Source: Auanema rhodensis
Lineage: Eukaryota > Animalia > Nematoda
Length of the DNA: 64,000 nucleotides
Direction: 5' to 3'
NCBI GenBank assembly: GCA_964057225.1
Contig: OZ059899.1
Span: 4,774,001 to 4,838,000 of the forward strand
Positions 41,480 to 54,400 of this stretch are shown here, in pieces. Within the stretch, counting starts at the first letter, position 1. Each line of letters opens with the position of its first letter. Under the pieces are notes generated by a model. That model was given only the letters and a program-made list of their open reading frames with translations, was not told where the DNA came from and ran no database searches. The position numbers were made by a program, and so were the translations under genes.

Positions 41480-43767
41480 ATGAACACTAATTTAATTATT
41501 TTAACGATCCTATTAATTCAAGAGCAGAATCTGTTCACAACTGCTAGATCTTCATCAGATTGTCGAGATACTGATATGAACTGTGCCGTTTGGGTAAGAA
41601 AACAAATCTTACCTGAAACATTTCAGAACCATGTTAAATATGTTTTATATCCTAATAAAGAACTATAAAATTAGTTTAACTATTACGAAAACAAACATCT
41701 TTCATTGTCAGATCAAAATATGCCATTTCCCATTGCCGCTTTCCCCACCTCTCCCTACCCATCATCATATTTTCTGATAGTTGACTGTTGGAAAGTGTGT
41801 GAGATCTAGTTTTGCTAGTTGATGCTCGTAGTTCGCAGTATCTATCTTTGTCTATATTTTGATAAAGCATCATCATACTTTATTACAAAAGCATGACAAC
41901 TAAATCAATTAAATGAAATTTTAATAATAACAACAATAAAACCGAATTCTCGTTAGTGTTCAGCTAATAGAAGAATAATTTTATAGGATATTTCAGTTAA
42001 AATTGAAATGAAATTAAACAAACGTAATATTTTTTACATGCACTGTAAGTTCATGTGCACAAAACACCAATATGTGTTCTGAACTTTTCATATAAACTAA
42101 ATATTGACGTGAATATTTGCTTTTTAAATTAGTTTTATCATGGCGTTCACTTGAACCACAATTATATTATTTCCAATTTCTCTTTATTAATTTAATATAA
42201 TCTTTCAGTGAAGATTTTATATAGTTTAATTTCATATGAATAACTGATTTTTAAATTTTTTTTTAATATTGTTGTTTATTTTAAGATCTCTACTAATGCT
42301 TCTCAATGTTTGGAAACGCAATTAGTAATGGAACACTGTCAAAGGACATGTCAGCTTTGTGGAGAACCTATAGACCCACGTGAGCTGTTTTTCTTTTTCT
42401 TTATCCACTTTTTCAAACCTGATCTTATCTTTCTACGTCACATTTACGACTGCGAAGGATACATTTGTCCTATACGTTTAAATTCGTTTTCATATTATCT
42501 AACACAATACGATTTTCATTCTGTATCATTATTTTCGTTTCAATCATTGTGTTGTTTTTTCAATATAAAAAAAGATACAGAACAAGATTTAATTGGAACA
42601 CGTTATGCTTAAAAACTATAATTGAAACAAACGCTTCAGACATTTACGGCATTTTCGTAAAAATTTAGTTCCATTTTCACTAAAGTTTGAAATTAATTTA
42701 TCCGGAATATCACAGTACACAATCAGCCGGTTTTTTGATTTCATGAAAGACAATGATAGTTAAATAAAATAAAATATGGTATATTGCTTATCAAAATTCC
42801 AAAGTTCAAATGACGTTCTCACTTTACCTGAAAGAAGTTCTTTGATTTTGGTTAGTACTGGTTTTTGATGATCATATCTAATATAAGTAACACTATTCCT
42901 TAAAATAGCTATTTAGCTAATACCGGAGTGTAAAGTGCTTTTATAAAATCTACAATTGTTTCTAGTATACGACGTAGCACGAATACCTCAACAGCTAAGA
43001 CCAATTTCTTGGTTAGTTGGTAAATGGCGATCAGGTAAACTGAGTGAAATAATTCAAAGATTTTGTGAACACAATTTTTCAGAATTTGGAGGAAAAGCTT
43101 TCTTTCCCACAATTCCTAAATTCACGTATGGTGAGCAATTGGATATATCAATCAGCAACTTTGATAACAAAACTGGTGCCCATCCTAGCTTGAACTATAC
43201 GTAAGTATAATCCTTTTCGTTTCATATATGGCTTATTAATTTCACTATAGAGCTTTTGCTTGGGATATCAATATGCCAGAGGGTGATCCTGTCGAAATTC
43301 ACAGTGAAAATGGTTACATTACCGTAAAGCATGATGATAAAGACGATATTGATATTGTTAGTTTGACAACTGCCATGAGCAACGGTTAGTTTTATCTATA
43401 TTTTTTATTTAATTCTTCAATATTAAATTATTTTGAAAATTAACATGATATTTGAATTAATCATGTATGCATAGGATTCATGACTGTGGAAGAAGGCCAA
43501 CCTGGAACAAATGAGATCCGATTTAAACTTATCCGCATTGGCCGAATTAGTTTCTCTCATGACTCAGCTGTACGATTGGTAAGTTAAAGCTTACCGTTTT
43601 TTAAATTATTGTCAATATTATTAAATAAAAATATTACTTTTAAGATGTTCCGTGAATGGACAATGCTGGATGAAACAAAACTCGAAGCTCGGCTTTTGAT
43701 GACAACTACCGTTACTAAACGCCTTATGGAGCATACTTCAATTATATATAAGAAAATATACCCTTAA
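41480..43767 (+). CDS. Secreted ShKT domain + nitrobindin/THAP4-like (DUF1794) beta-barrel protein, MAB-7-like architecture; 7 exons
   Basis: Signal peptide MNTNLIILTILLI; ShKT CRDTDMNCAVW...C...HCQRTCQLC; nitrobindin motifs LRPISWLVGKW, FPTIPKFTYGE, IHSENGY, NGFMTVEEG, LMEHTSIIYKK; TAA at 43765-43767. Confidence 0.88.
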
Positions 43768-44394
43768 AGAAAATTAATTTATCTTTCTATTTAAACAGGT
43801 TGTTGTTAATGAAAACTATTTAACATTTAACCTATTTAAGTTATTTATTACGTGTTAAATTATATTTTTGTTTTTTCTTCAATACTTCTCTTGAAATACG
43901 TGTTTAAATTAATTTATTTTTGTATCTAATCATATCTATATGTTATCAAAAACTATTTATTATTAACTAATTCATGGAAAGAAATCTGCGATAAAAAATT
44001 TTAGAACTTGTTGAGTAAAGGGCCACAAAGAATATGATTATAGTTAACATATACCTAAATTTTCAAATATTAAAACAAAGTTTTCAAGCTTAAGGAAAGT
44101 GCGAATTTCTTTTATAATTCTTTATTCAATTCAATTAACGGTTCTGCTTTAAAAAAAGTTAATGAACACATATATTATTCAGTATTTCATTTCATATAAT
44201 ATTTGTACAATAATGAGAATTGCTAGTATTCCTTAAAAAATATTTTTTGAATGAACGCGTAAAAGCATGCTAAATACGGTAATTGATTGTACGTAATCTT
44301 CTTATGGGGTTCTAGTTTTGTCCGTCTTCATATTGACAGCGTTTGTTTTTATTTTTTTCAATAGAAATAAATTTGTTGAAAATTCAAAGTTTAG

Positions 44395-44943
44395 ATGCCT
44401 CTTAGAACCACAATTGTTGACGGCTTTGACGCTTTAAAAAAGGAACTTCAGAGTGTTGGCGAGAAACGTGTATTCGTATTTTTCTCTGGTTCTCATGTTG
44501 ATGGAAAAAGCTGGTGCCCTGATTGTGTATCAGGTAAATTTCAAGCGTTGTGTTAATGTAAAATAAGTTGTATTCGTAGCTGAACCAGTAGTTCAACATG
44601 TTCTGAGCAAGCCTGAGGTTAAGCAGATCGATGCGATTTTCATCTCTTGCTTTGTAGGACAGAGGGATTAGTAAGTTGAATGTTTCTGCTCGAAACATTT
44701 TTGAATTGGGATGACCAAGTTAATTTGTAATTTTTTAAGTTGGAAGGATTCTCAATGTCCATTCCGTACGGAAGAAGATTTCAAATTGAACTGCATCCCC
44801 ACTTTAATTGAATACGGAAAGGTTTTACAAACTTTAATTAGACATCGGAGTTTGTACTTTTTTGTTTTCAGTCTCTTCGTATTGTTGATGATCAAGTATC
44901 TAACGAAAAAGCTGTCTTTGACTTTGTTACTTCAAGCCATTAA
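44395..44943 (+). CDS. Thioredoxin domain-containing protein 17 (TRP14/TXNDC17-like); 4 exons; absent from the ORF track on this strand
   Basis: MPLRTTIVDGFDAL...FFSGSHVDGKSWCPDCVSAEPVV...VGQRDYWKDSQCPFR...IPTLIEYG; WCPDC active site; three GT-AG introns. Confidence 0.92.
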
Positions 44944-47301
44944 AGCTCATATATGTAACAGTCATTGCGTTATGAGATATAGTCGGAATTATGTTCCTTT
45001 GTGATATGTAACATGTGATAAACGTATTTATAAATTTTCTACTTTTTATTATAGGATATTCCACTCATTAAATTGTTCTCTGAATCCTTTGAGAAAGAGA
45101 AAAGCAGCTTTTGTAAAAAATTAAATGTTTATTCTGATTTTGAAAAAATATGAACATAAACAGTCGTTTATTAGGAAGCAAGGAGGTTATCGCAAAAAAA
45201 TGATTTGTACTGGTCCACTTCGATGATGTTAATATATTAATATTTCTATTTTTAGTTTTGAAGGGCTAATATTTCGGATCATATGCTTATACGAGTTTAA
45301 GAGTGTCCACTTTAGAAGACTTGACAACCCTGAAATCAAATCATGATATTGAATGAAGTTAAAATATGTTATACCAACGAAATGCTTTTACATTTTTTTT
45401 GGTTTGACTTTCTTTTTCTGAGTTATGTTTCCATTGCCTGATTCTTGAGGTTGCTTCCGTCACCATCGTATTATCAACTTGACGCCCCTTCCCAGTAACC
45501 AATTTTTGCTTTCGTGTCTTCTGCTTCCCGGTGCTATTTGTTTAATCTTACTTTTCTTTGTCTTCTAATCTCCCGATTATCAGTAATCTGGATGTATATA
45601 GTTCATAGCTGACTCCGTTTTTAGCAATGCATATCCGGAATTTACCTGCTCAGATCTGTGCCAGTTTTTTTTAATATTTTGTAAATTTAGTAAGAAATTT
45701 ATTCTTGGTTTGTCCCATATGCTAAAAGCTTTTGTCTTGAAAGGCTTCGCTGTTTCCATCTATATCCGTAACACACGGCTTCATTTTGACATCAACGAAC
45801 AATTTTTAGCAGTCATGGATAAAGCCTCATAGTAAGGGTATAACGCTTATGAGATGATAAGTCTCATGTTTTCTTTTTCTTAATCACTTTCTCTATATCC
45901 TTATTTCTCTCTATCGTTCTCATATTCTGACCATTATTCTTTTCACCTCTCTCTTTCTCTCATCCCTTCATTCTCATCTCTAGTTTCTTTTTTTATGCAT
46001 ATGTCTATTCTCTTCTTTTTAATCTAACATGCAAATACTTGTATATATATATATATATATATTCCGTTATCTCTCTAAGTAACATGCGTAAAATTATATT
46101 TTTCTTTTCATTCCTTTTCTTATATGCTCGTTCTATCCAATTATTGGCTATGAGCAACTTCTAATTACATTTCGATTTTGATCTGACCAAAGTACAAAAT
46201 AACGCAGGTGCTTGCATTATTTTAATTCAATATTAAAACTTATTCTCATATTAAGATTTTAGTTTTCTATTTCAATATTGACATTGATAATATTTTGTTG
46301 CATTAGAAAGTTATTTTCGTTTTCAGCTATGTCCTCAACATGATTATCTAATAGCTTATCACAAGTCTTTGTGTCGACAAAATAGAAAAAAAGATTAAGC
46401 ATTTGAGCCTTCTCTTAAATAGTTTATATGTATATATCAATTTATCTGTCACTATTCCACAAAGATAATCGGAGGAAGTCGAATTTCCGCTTGGTTCCAG
46501 AAAAGCTTGTAGCTGATTTTATATCGTCGTCAGCAATCTTTCCATCTGATTCTATTTTCCGCTTCCCATCCCTCTTCTTCTCTCTTAATAAATATATATA
46601 TATATATATATATATAATAGTCGGATCTCTCTATAAATTCCATTTTTCCCTCATCCTACTTTTTGTTTCAATGCCTGCAGAAGGTTTATAACAAATTTTC
46701 ATTTGATTTGAGAAATCTTTCAATTCATCTTCTTTTAGACCAGCACAAAAGGCTTATTTTTGTGAGTTCTTATATGATTTTATGTACTTTTAATTATTTT
46801 ATATATATTTTGAGAGTAATTGATGTAGTCGTATTTTACATAGAAATATAAAGAGATATGTGATGAAAAAAAAGAAAACTATGAGAAAGATAAAATTTTA
46901 TAAACGAAGGAGATTAAAAAGTGTAGAGAAGGAGGATAAATGTAAGAATCTTCACGTGATAACTGATTATACATCATTTGTTCCATTTATGGATTACATA
47001 TTGAAAATATTTTTTCTCAGTTTTTATATCTTCAATCAATAGCTTTATATAGGGTTAAATAACTTATTCGTATTAGATTGAACTTTATTGAATTAATCAG
47101 CTTTCACCATATTTTTCGAACAAAAATATACGAAGTTCGAACATATCAGAATCGGCTTCCATTAGAAGTTTAGTAGAAAACGTTTAATAAGCTGCTTTTG
47201 AATTTCAAATTAGTTTCTTCAAATTATTGTTCAGTATATTTGTATTTTTGATTCTGTTATGCTTCATCCTATTATCATTCTACATTTTTTTATAGGTTAA
47301 A

Positions 47302-50300
47302 ATGAGTATGCTGTTATCACCTCAACAGTTCACCAGATTAAGTGAATATGCAGCTCGTAGGTAGAATATAATTCGGTCTGAATACTTTTTTTTTGAGATT
47401 CAACGCAAAAAGTGAAAGAGATGCTTTGTGAATTTCAAAGGGATGGACGATTTGTTCCTTATTTACAGGAAGATGTCCAGGTGCTTCATTTTTTATTAGT
47501 TTTATTAGGACTAAATATTTTCAATATTTTAGGAAGGACAATCCATTAGCTTTGAAGGAGTTAGGTTGTTTTTGCAGGATTACTTTGAAGATGAACTACC
47601 AGCTGAGATGTTAGAACAGCTTTTCTTGTCTTTTTGTAAGCCGGGGGGGAAAGGTGAAACTCACACAATTAGCAAAAAAAGAATAAAAACATTTCAGAAC
47701 GACGTACCAGTCTCCTAGAAGATGCGTTTCAGTCTATGCGTTATCGTTTTAGCGAAAATCTCCATTCATTAGCCGGGCGTTTAGAACGTTTTAGTCTTCT
47801 TCACTTAGACAGCTCGGGGTCAAGCAGCTCAGGAATTGGACCTGGCTCTTGCAGTCAAACTTCAGGAAGATCACCTTCATCCGTACCATCACGACTTGCT
47901 AAACGTTTAGCAAGTACTGTCGGACAGAGCAAAGGAGCTTCAGTCAAGTCATCAATGGGAATGACTGGATCAGTTACTGATACTGCTCGAATGGTGGCAG
48001 TCTATTCTGATTTGAGAATTCCGTTAAAACCACTCATTTGTACATTATCTTTATTAGAAGCTGATACACCAGAAAATAAGTTGGAGGGTTTGTTTTATTT
48101 AGTTAAAGGAGACATAGAGATATAAGGGTTGTTTTAGTTGTTTTTCATGTTTATGATTCTGATGGAAACGGATACTTGGATAAAGCCGAAATTGACAGCA
48201 TTATTGGCCAGATGATGACAGTAGCACGATATAAGCAATGGGATACAACCGAACTAGAAGAGGTTCCTTACTTTTTGTATTATCATTTTTATTCGTTTTG
48301 AAATTGTTTATTAAGCAATAATTTAGATTTTGCGACAAATGATGACAGATATTGATTATGATAGTGATGGGATTGTTTCGTTAGAAGAATGGAAAAGAGG
48401 TGGAATGACAAACATACCACTTCTAGTCCTTTTGGGTCTTGATACGGTATTAATAAAAATATCTTTTGCATAGTGTTATTTGAATATTCAGTCATTGCAA
48501 TTTGCTGAAATGAAAGAAGATGGTAATCATGTGTGGCGATTAAGGCATTTCTCAAAGCCAAATTATTGTAATGCTTGTTGTTCACTATTAGTTGGCTGGG
48601 GAGGTAAGCAAGGATTGAGCTGCTCACGTATGTTTTATTTTTTAAAATTTGTATAAGATTATCAAATAATGATGAAGAAATATCATATGTTACAGTTTGC
48701 AAGTATACCGTTCATGAACGATGTGTAAGAACAGCTGCTAGTAACTGTATAAAAACCTTTTCAGTGCGTACATCCACAGTAGGTAAACTCATTTATAACT
48801 TTCTTAAGTTTAAAACACAATTTATTGTTCAGAAAAATTGTATCATCATTGGCAAGATGCAAATACAACATCTAAATGTATTAAATGTCATGGAACTGTT
48901 GGAGCCTTTCAAGGAAAACGATGTCGTTGGTGTCATAATTATGTGAGTTATTTGAACTTATTTTTCTCCTTTTTCAGCTTTTTCAATTTTTAAATTAAAA
49001 TTAAATTAGGTTCATCACCGCTGTATGTCTTCTTTGCCACAAGAATGTAACATGGGTACTTTGGCTTATCACATTTTACCTCCAACTCACATTTTTCCTG
49101 CATTTCTTGAAAGAAAATCTTGTTCACATAAAAGTTTTCAACCACATTGTAATAGTTTATTGCAGGTTTCATGTGACTTTGTTTAATCATTCTATATTTC
49201 AATTTTTAGGCGATATCTCCAGGTCCAAATGTTCGTCCTTTACTAGTTTTGGTTAATCCAAAAAGTGGAGGAAAACAAGGAATACGAATTTTACAAAAGT
49301 TTGCCCATATGTTGAACCCGCGCCAGGTTTATGATTTGAGCAAGTTTGGTCCTGAACCAGGGTAGCCATAAAATCGTGAAACTTCAATGATTTTGCTGCC
49401 ATAGATTGGATCTTTTCTCTGCAATTCCGCATTGTAATGTACTAGTTTGTGGAGGTGATGGTACAATAGGATGGGTACTTGAATCAATGGGTATTAAAAA
49501 TATAGAAATTTGAAGACAATTGGTTTTAGATAAAATAAATTTTCCTCACGGTAGACCTCCTGTGGCTATTTTACCATTAGGAACTGGAAATGATCTAGCA
49601 CGGTTTGTATTTTCTGCTTTCTAAGCCGAATTTCATAAATTTTCTGTTTAGTTGTTTAAGATGGGGTGGTGGATATGAAAATGAAAGTCTTCATAAAATT
49701 CTGCATCAAATTGAGCATGCTACAACAGTAAAAACAAGAATTTTCTTAATTGATGATTGCTAATTTCTTTAGATTCATATGGATAGGTGGCAAATTAAAA
49801 TTGAACCTACTGAAAATACTAATAATGCAGATGAAAAGTGGGAACAACCACCGTATACTATAATTAACAATTATTTTTCAATTGGAGTGGTAATATTTAC
49901 TGCAGAAAATTCAATTATCAATTAACACATATTTTGGGATGCTTCGATTGCCCACCGATTTCATGTTATGAGAGAACGATATCCAGAGAAATTCAACAGC
50001 CGCATGAGAAATAAGCTTTGGTATTTCGAATTAGGTACAAGTGAAACATTAAGTGGATCATGTAAAAACCTTCATGAACAAATCGACATTTTGGTTATTC
50101 ATAATGATATTGCGGCTAATTTATAAAAAATATTTCAACAGTGTGATGGAGAATCTATTGATCTTGGTCAGGATGCAAGTTTAGAAGGAATTGCACTGCT
50201 TAATATACATTCAATTTATGGGGGATCTAATTTGTGGGGTAGCAGCAGAAAGGCAAGCTCTATAGGCTTTAATATATTAGAATTAATACCGTAATAGAAA

Positions 50301-50789
50301 CGATTACCTGGATTGTTTCCTATTACAAGGCGAAATTCCGATCATTTACATAATCGAGTTCAAGATGTAGGAGATGGATTAATAGAGGTAATTAACGATA
50401 TACAGGTCATAAATATAGAGAAAAATATTTCCAATTTAGGTAGTTGGATTAGAATCCGCTATCCAAATGGGACAAATAAAAGCTGGAGTTCGAGATGCAC
50501 GTCGTTTGTCGCAATGTGCCACCGTTGTAATCCAGTAAGCATGATTGCTTTATCAATTTTTAAAAAAAATAACTCGATTTAGAACTCATAAAGCGTTTCC
50601 AATGCAAATAGACGGAGAGCCATGGATGCAACCTCCTTGTATTATTCAGATAACTCATAAAAACCAGGTTAAAATGCTTATGGGTAATTATAGCTCTAAC
50701 TCATATCGAAATATTTCATCTTTCCAGCTCCAAAAAAAAGAAACTCATGGTGGAATATAAATCATCAAACTCAATCTGAAGATAATTAA
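47302..50789 (+). CDS. dgk-3: Type I diacylglycerol kinase (EF-hands, two C1 domains, catalytic domain); about 21 exons
   Basis: [97 protein letters not shown]|[23 protein letters not shown]; closely matches recalled C. elegans DGK-3. Confidence 0.94.
49890..49937 (+). other. dgk-3: Non-canonical GT-GG intron in dgk-3 (48 nt)
   Basis: ...ATT GGA GTG|gtaatatttactgcagaaaattcaattatcaattaacacatattttgg|GAT GCT TCG... restores the conserved SIGV-DASIAH. The intron contains an in-frame TAA. Confidence 0.7.
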
Positions 50790-51423
50790 ATTATGAGATT
50801 CGGATACACTATGAATTGCTCAATTACAGATCTCCGAAAGACAAAACATTAATATAATTTAAATTCCATTAGCCATTTCATATAAACTGTTTACCACTGT
50901 TCTTGTTAAATGTCATGCCAAGTATCTCTAATATCTACCATTTGCGAACAATTTATGAAATAACACTTTTCGCGCTCTTTTAATTTTTATGATTCATGAA
51001 CAAATTGAATTAATTATCATTGTAAACGATTGTCAAGTGATTATACGTTAACAAAATTCAAAGAATAACATAAAAACAAAGGAGCATATGAAAACATAAG
51101 TTTGAAGAATTAAGACGTTCAAAGTATCAAAGTAATCAATTATTGGAAAACTGAAATCATTAAACTATTGTGGGAATACTGTAATGGAACTTAGAAAGAA
51201 ATAAAACATGGTTTTTTTGATCCATTACTGGATTATCCTTAAACGAAAGTCCGTAAGTAAGTGACGTATTCATTTTTTATACTTAAATGATTATATGATG
51301 AAAACATAATGATTACTAAATTCAAAAGATTTTATTTAACAAAATATAAGAAATTGACGTTAAATTATAGTTAACATTACGTATTGAACCCCGCCCCTTT
51401 TTGCGCCGGCAGTGCAGGGAGTG

Positions 51424-54400
51424 TTATTTACGTACTTTCTCCTTATAATGCACTTTAAACCAGGCTAATAGCCTATTAAGAGATTCAAACATGATATAGC
51501 GAAACCGCAAACCTTCAGGAGTAACTGTAACAAGATGAATAAGAATTCGAAAACCCTTTAGATGTTTACCTGTGATATACTCGTGCTTAGGTCTACCTGT
51601 GAAATATGACAATACAAATTTACCGGCCCATTCGTTTACTGCTGGGGTGAAAGAGTATCTTAATCAGAATCATATTTTTATATAAACACTGCATTCACTT
51701 ACGGAAATCGTGATGGAGCTTTTCGTTTTTCTTCAGCTAGATGCTTTACAATGGCTTCCATATTATCACCGTATATGTTCTCAACGAAGCACTAAACAAC
51801 AAAATCATGATGGAAGAATTGTCCAACATACCTTGTGTTGAATGATTTCACGAGCATTGGCGGCCATAGGCTGAATCCATCGCGCAAGAATTTCGTTGAG
51901 ATCTTCAAATTCTTCTCTTCTAAATTAACATGTTTATTTATATATTAGTGAAAAGATTATACCTATCCCTCGTTTCAATATAAAGTTTTTTACCAAGCGT
52001 GAATGGTTGTTCCTTTTCTTCCTCGAACACGTCAATGTTCTGTAGGACACCTTCAGCAACTTTCCAAGTTATCGTTAAACGATCAGTTCCCTTGGATGAA
52101 GGACGAATAACTACATCACCCTAAAAAGTAAAATAATGCTTTCGATCAAAAAATTCGAAGCATACTTGTTCCATCTTACTTAACAATCTTTCAGCATCAG
52201 CAAAAGTAATATTATAAAAATTAGGATGTTGAATAACCCGCTTCACCCATTTCGTTTCTCTTTGCTGAAAAAAAAAGATAGATCTTTTATGATCATATAG
52301 CAAACCTTCTTCATTTGTTGCTTCAATAGCTCATCCTGTTGAATGTCTTCTTGTTCTGCATCATTATCCCAGTTAGGATCCTTTTGGTCGTTAGTATCTT
52401 TGTTAAGATCAGACGTTCGGCTAGAAAGTGAGCAAGACATCTTTATGGGATCAATTTTGATTATTCGACACCAAATAAGACCATTTTTCTAGAACATTTA
52501 TATTTTTCAATCAACTTGACCGTTTGAATTACCTGCACTTTCTCAAGGGGGTTTTTGAAAGAATCTGGATTATCACTGAGCATTTTATTATGAATAAACC
52601 CAGTTACATCGTTTTCCAATCGAACTCTAACACCAACTGGAACACCTGGGCAACCACCAAACCGAACATCCTAGAAAATATGCAAATATAAGAAGTATGA
52701 CAATATGATATTTACTTTAGTAGAAGTGTGATTCCATAATTCTTTCATCTCGTGGAATGATGTATGACAATGCTTACATACCAGCATATTCGCGGAATTG
52801 CGATTCTAAAAACAAACTTTAGAAATTATATTTACTAAAACTTCTTACGTGAGACTCATCCATTCGTTCCTCATCGGAAAGTTTTTTATATTGGACACCA
52901 ATAACTGTTCCCAATACTCTCCGACCTTCAGCAAAATACTTAGAACCACCACACAGTAAGGAAAACAGATCCCAAAATTATAATTATAAAAAATATTCAC
53001 CCAATTTAAAATCAACAAACCTCTTGAGAAGGGGGAAAGAAAGGAGCTCTAGTATCCTTGTACCTCTGATTGAGTTCGGCAGCAATGTCGTAAAGAGTGT
53101 CTTTTTTCTCTCCAAATCCTTGTCGTTTCAATTCTTCTGCAAAAGCATCAAGATCAAGATCTCTCAAACGATCAGGTGTTTGAAGAATTTCCTCCAAAGC
53201 AGCGGTTGGATCAGTGTTATCATCTGCCTATTAAAAGTAACATGTTATTCTTCACTTAATTTGAACATTTACTTCAATAGCATCAACTGCCATTTTTCTG
53301 GCCCACTCATATGTTTCGGGGTGAACTCTAGAGCCATCTAATACCTCAACATAAGCATCAGTCTTCTCGGCAACCTAAATTAAGCTTTTTTTCTTCGAAT
53401 TTTTACGAGTATGGTACCTTATGTGCATCTATTTTGATAAAACCTGCACAATTCATGAATACTTTTGGGCCCATTTTACAAAGAGTGACGAGCTTTGTAC
53501 GACTTTCCAACAAATTATCATGCTGTTTAAGAGTTTTCAAGAGGAACCCTGATTTTCTGGGCCCCAAACCAGCAACAAATTGCAATAAATTAGATGAATG
53601 ATTATGTTCTAGGCATTTGTTAACATCGACTCCTACTTCATTGACTTTAGAAATAAGTTCATGACTGAGATACTCAGCGAGCTCGTCCTAAAACGATTAT
53701 AGAACGGAATCTTGACAGTGTAGCACACCTTGTTGATCTCCTTTTGCAGAGGATGAAACGACAAGCACATAAGATCTTCTTCGTGATTACACATATGAGC
53801 TATTTCTATTAATGGATCAAGTAAGAAGCGAGCAAGTGACACAGATTGTCGCAACAAAGGAGGGTAATCTGGATGTTCAGCCTAAGAAAACCAATAAATA
53901 TCCGTCAACTATTCTAAAACTTACAAAAGCTTGTCTGGAATGCATATAAACCTTAGCAGCTTCGTTATTCAAAATCACCACATTTGGTCTACGAGTGATT
54001 GAATCAGATTCCATAAGTTGACGAAGAGCTTCCTAAAGCATGAATCAGTAATCACATAATTCAAAACAAGATCAAAATTAAGAAAAAAAAGCACCTCGAT
54101 ATCTCGTTGAAGTCGGATGGCGTCCATATTTTCTGCAGATAATCCTATGACATGAGGCCGTTTTCGTTCAATAAATTTTTTTAAATTAACAATACAATCC
54201 TACAAAAATAAATTTCTTGAAATAATATGGAGCATAAAAACCTTTTCTCTAGTCATAGAATCAGGAGGAGGACCTCGCTGTGTGAAATTAACTAATCTAA
54301 CATAATCTACAACAGCACCATTTCGATCAACCATAACACCAAAAGAAGCCTCATTAGGATCTGTTGGGTATGATATTGCCATTACTCGCGTTTCACTCTT

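Noticed and set aside
48447-48510. Possible non-AG acceptor before EMKEDG in dgk-3
   Set aside because: A canonical attcag acceptor is in frame and only adds SLQFA.
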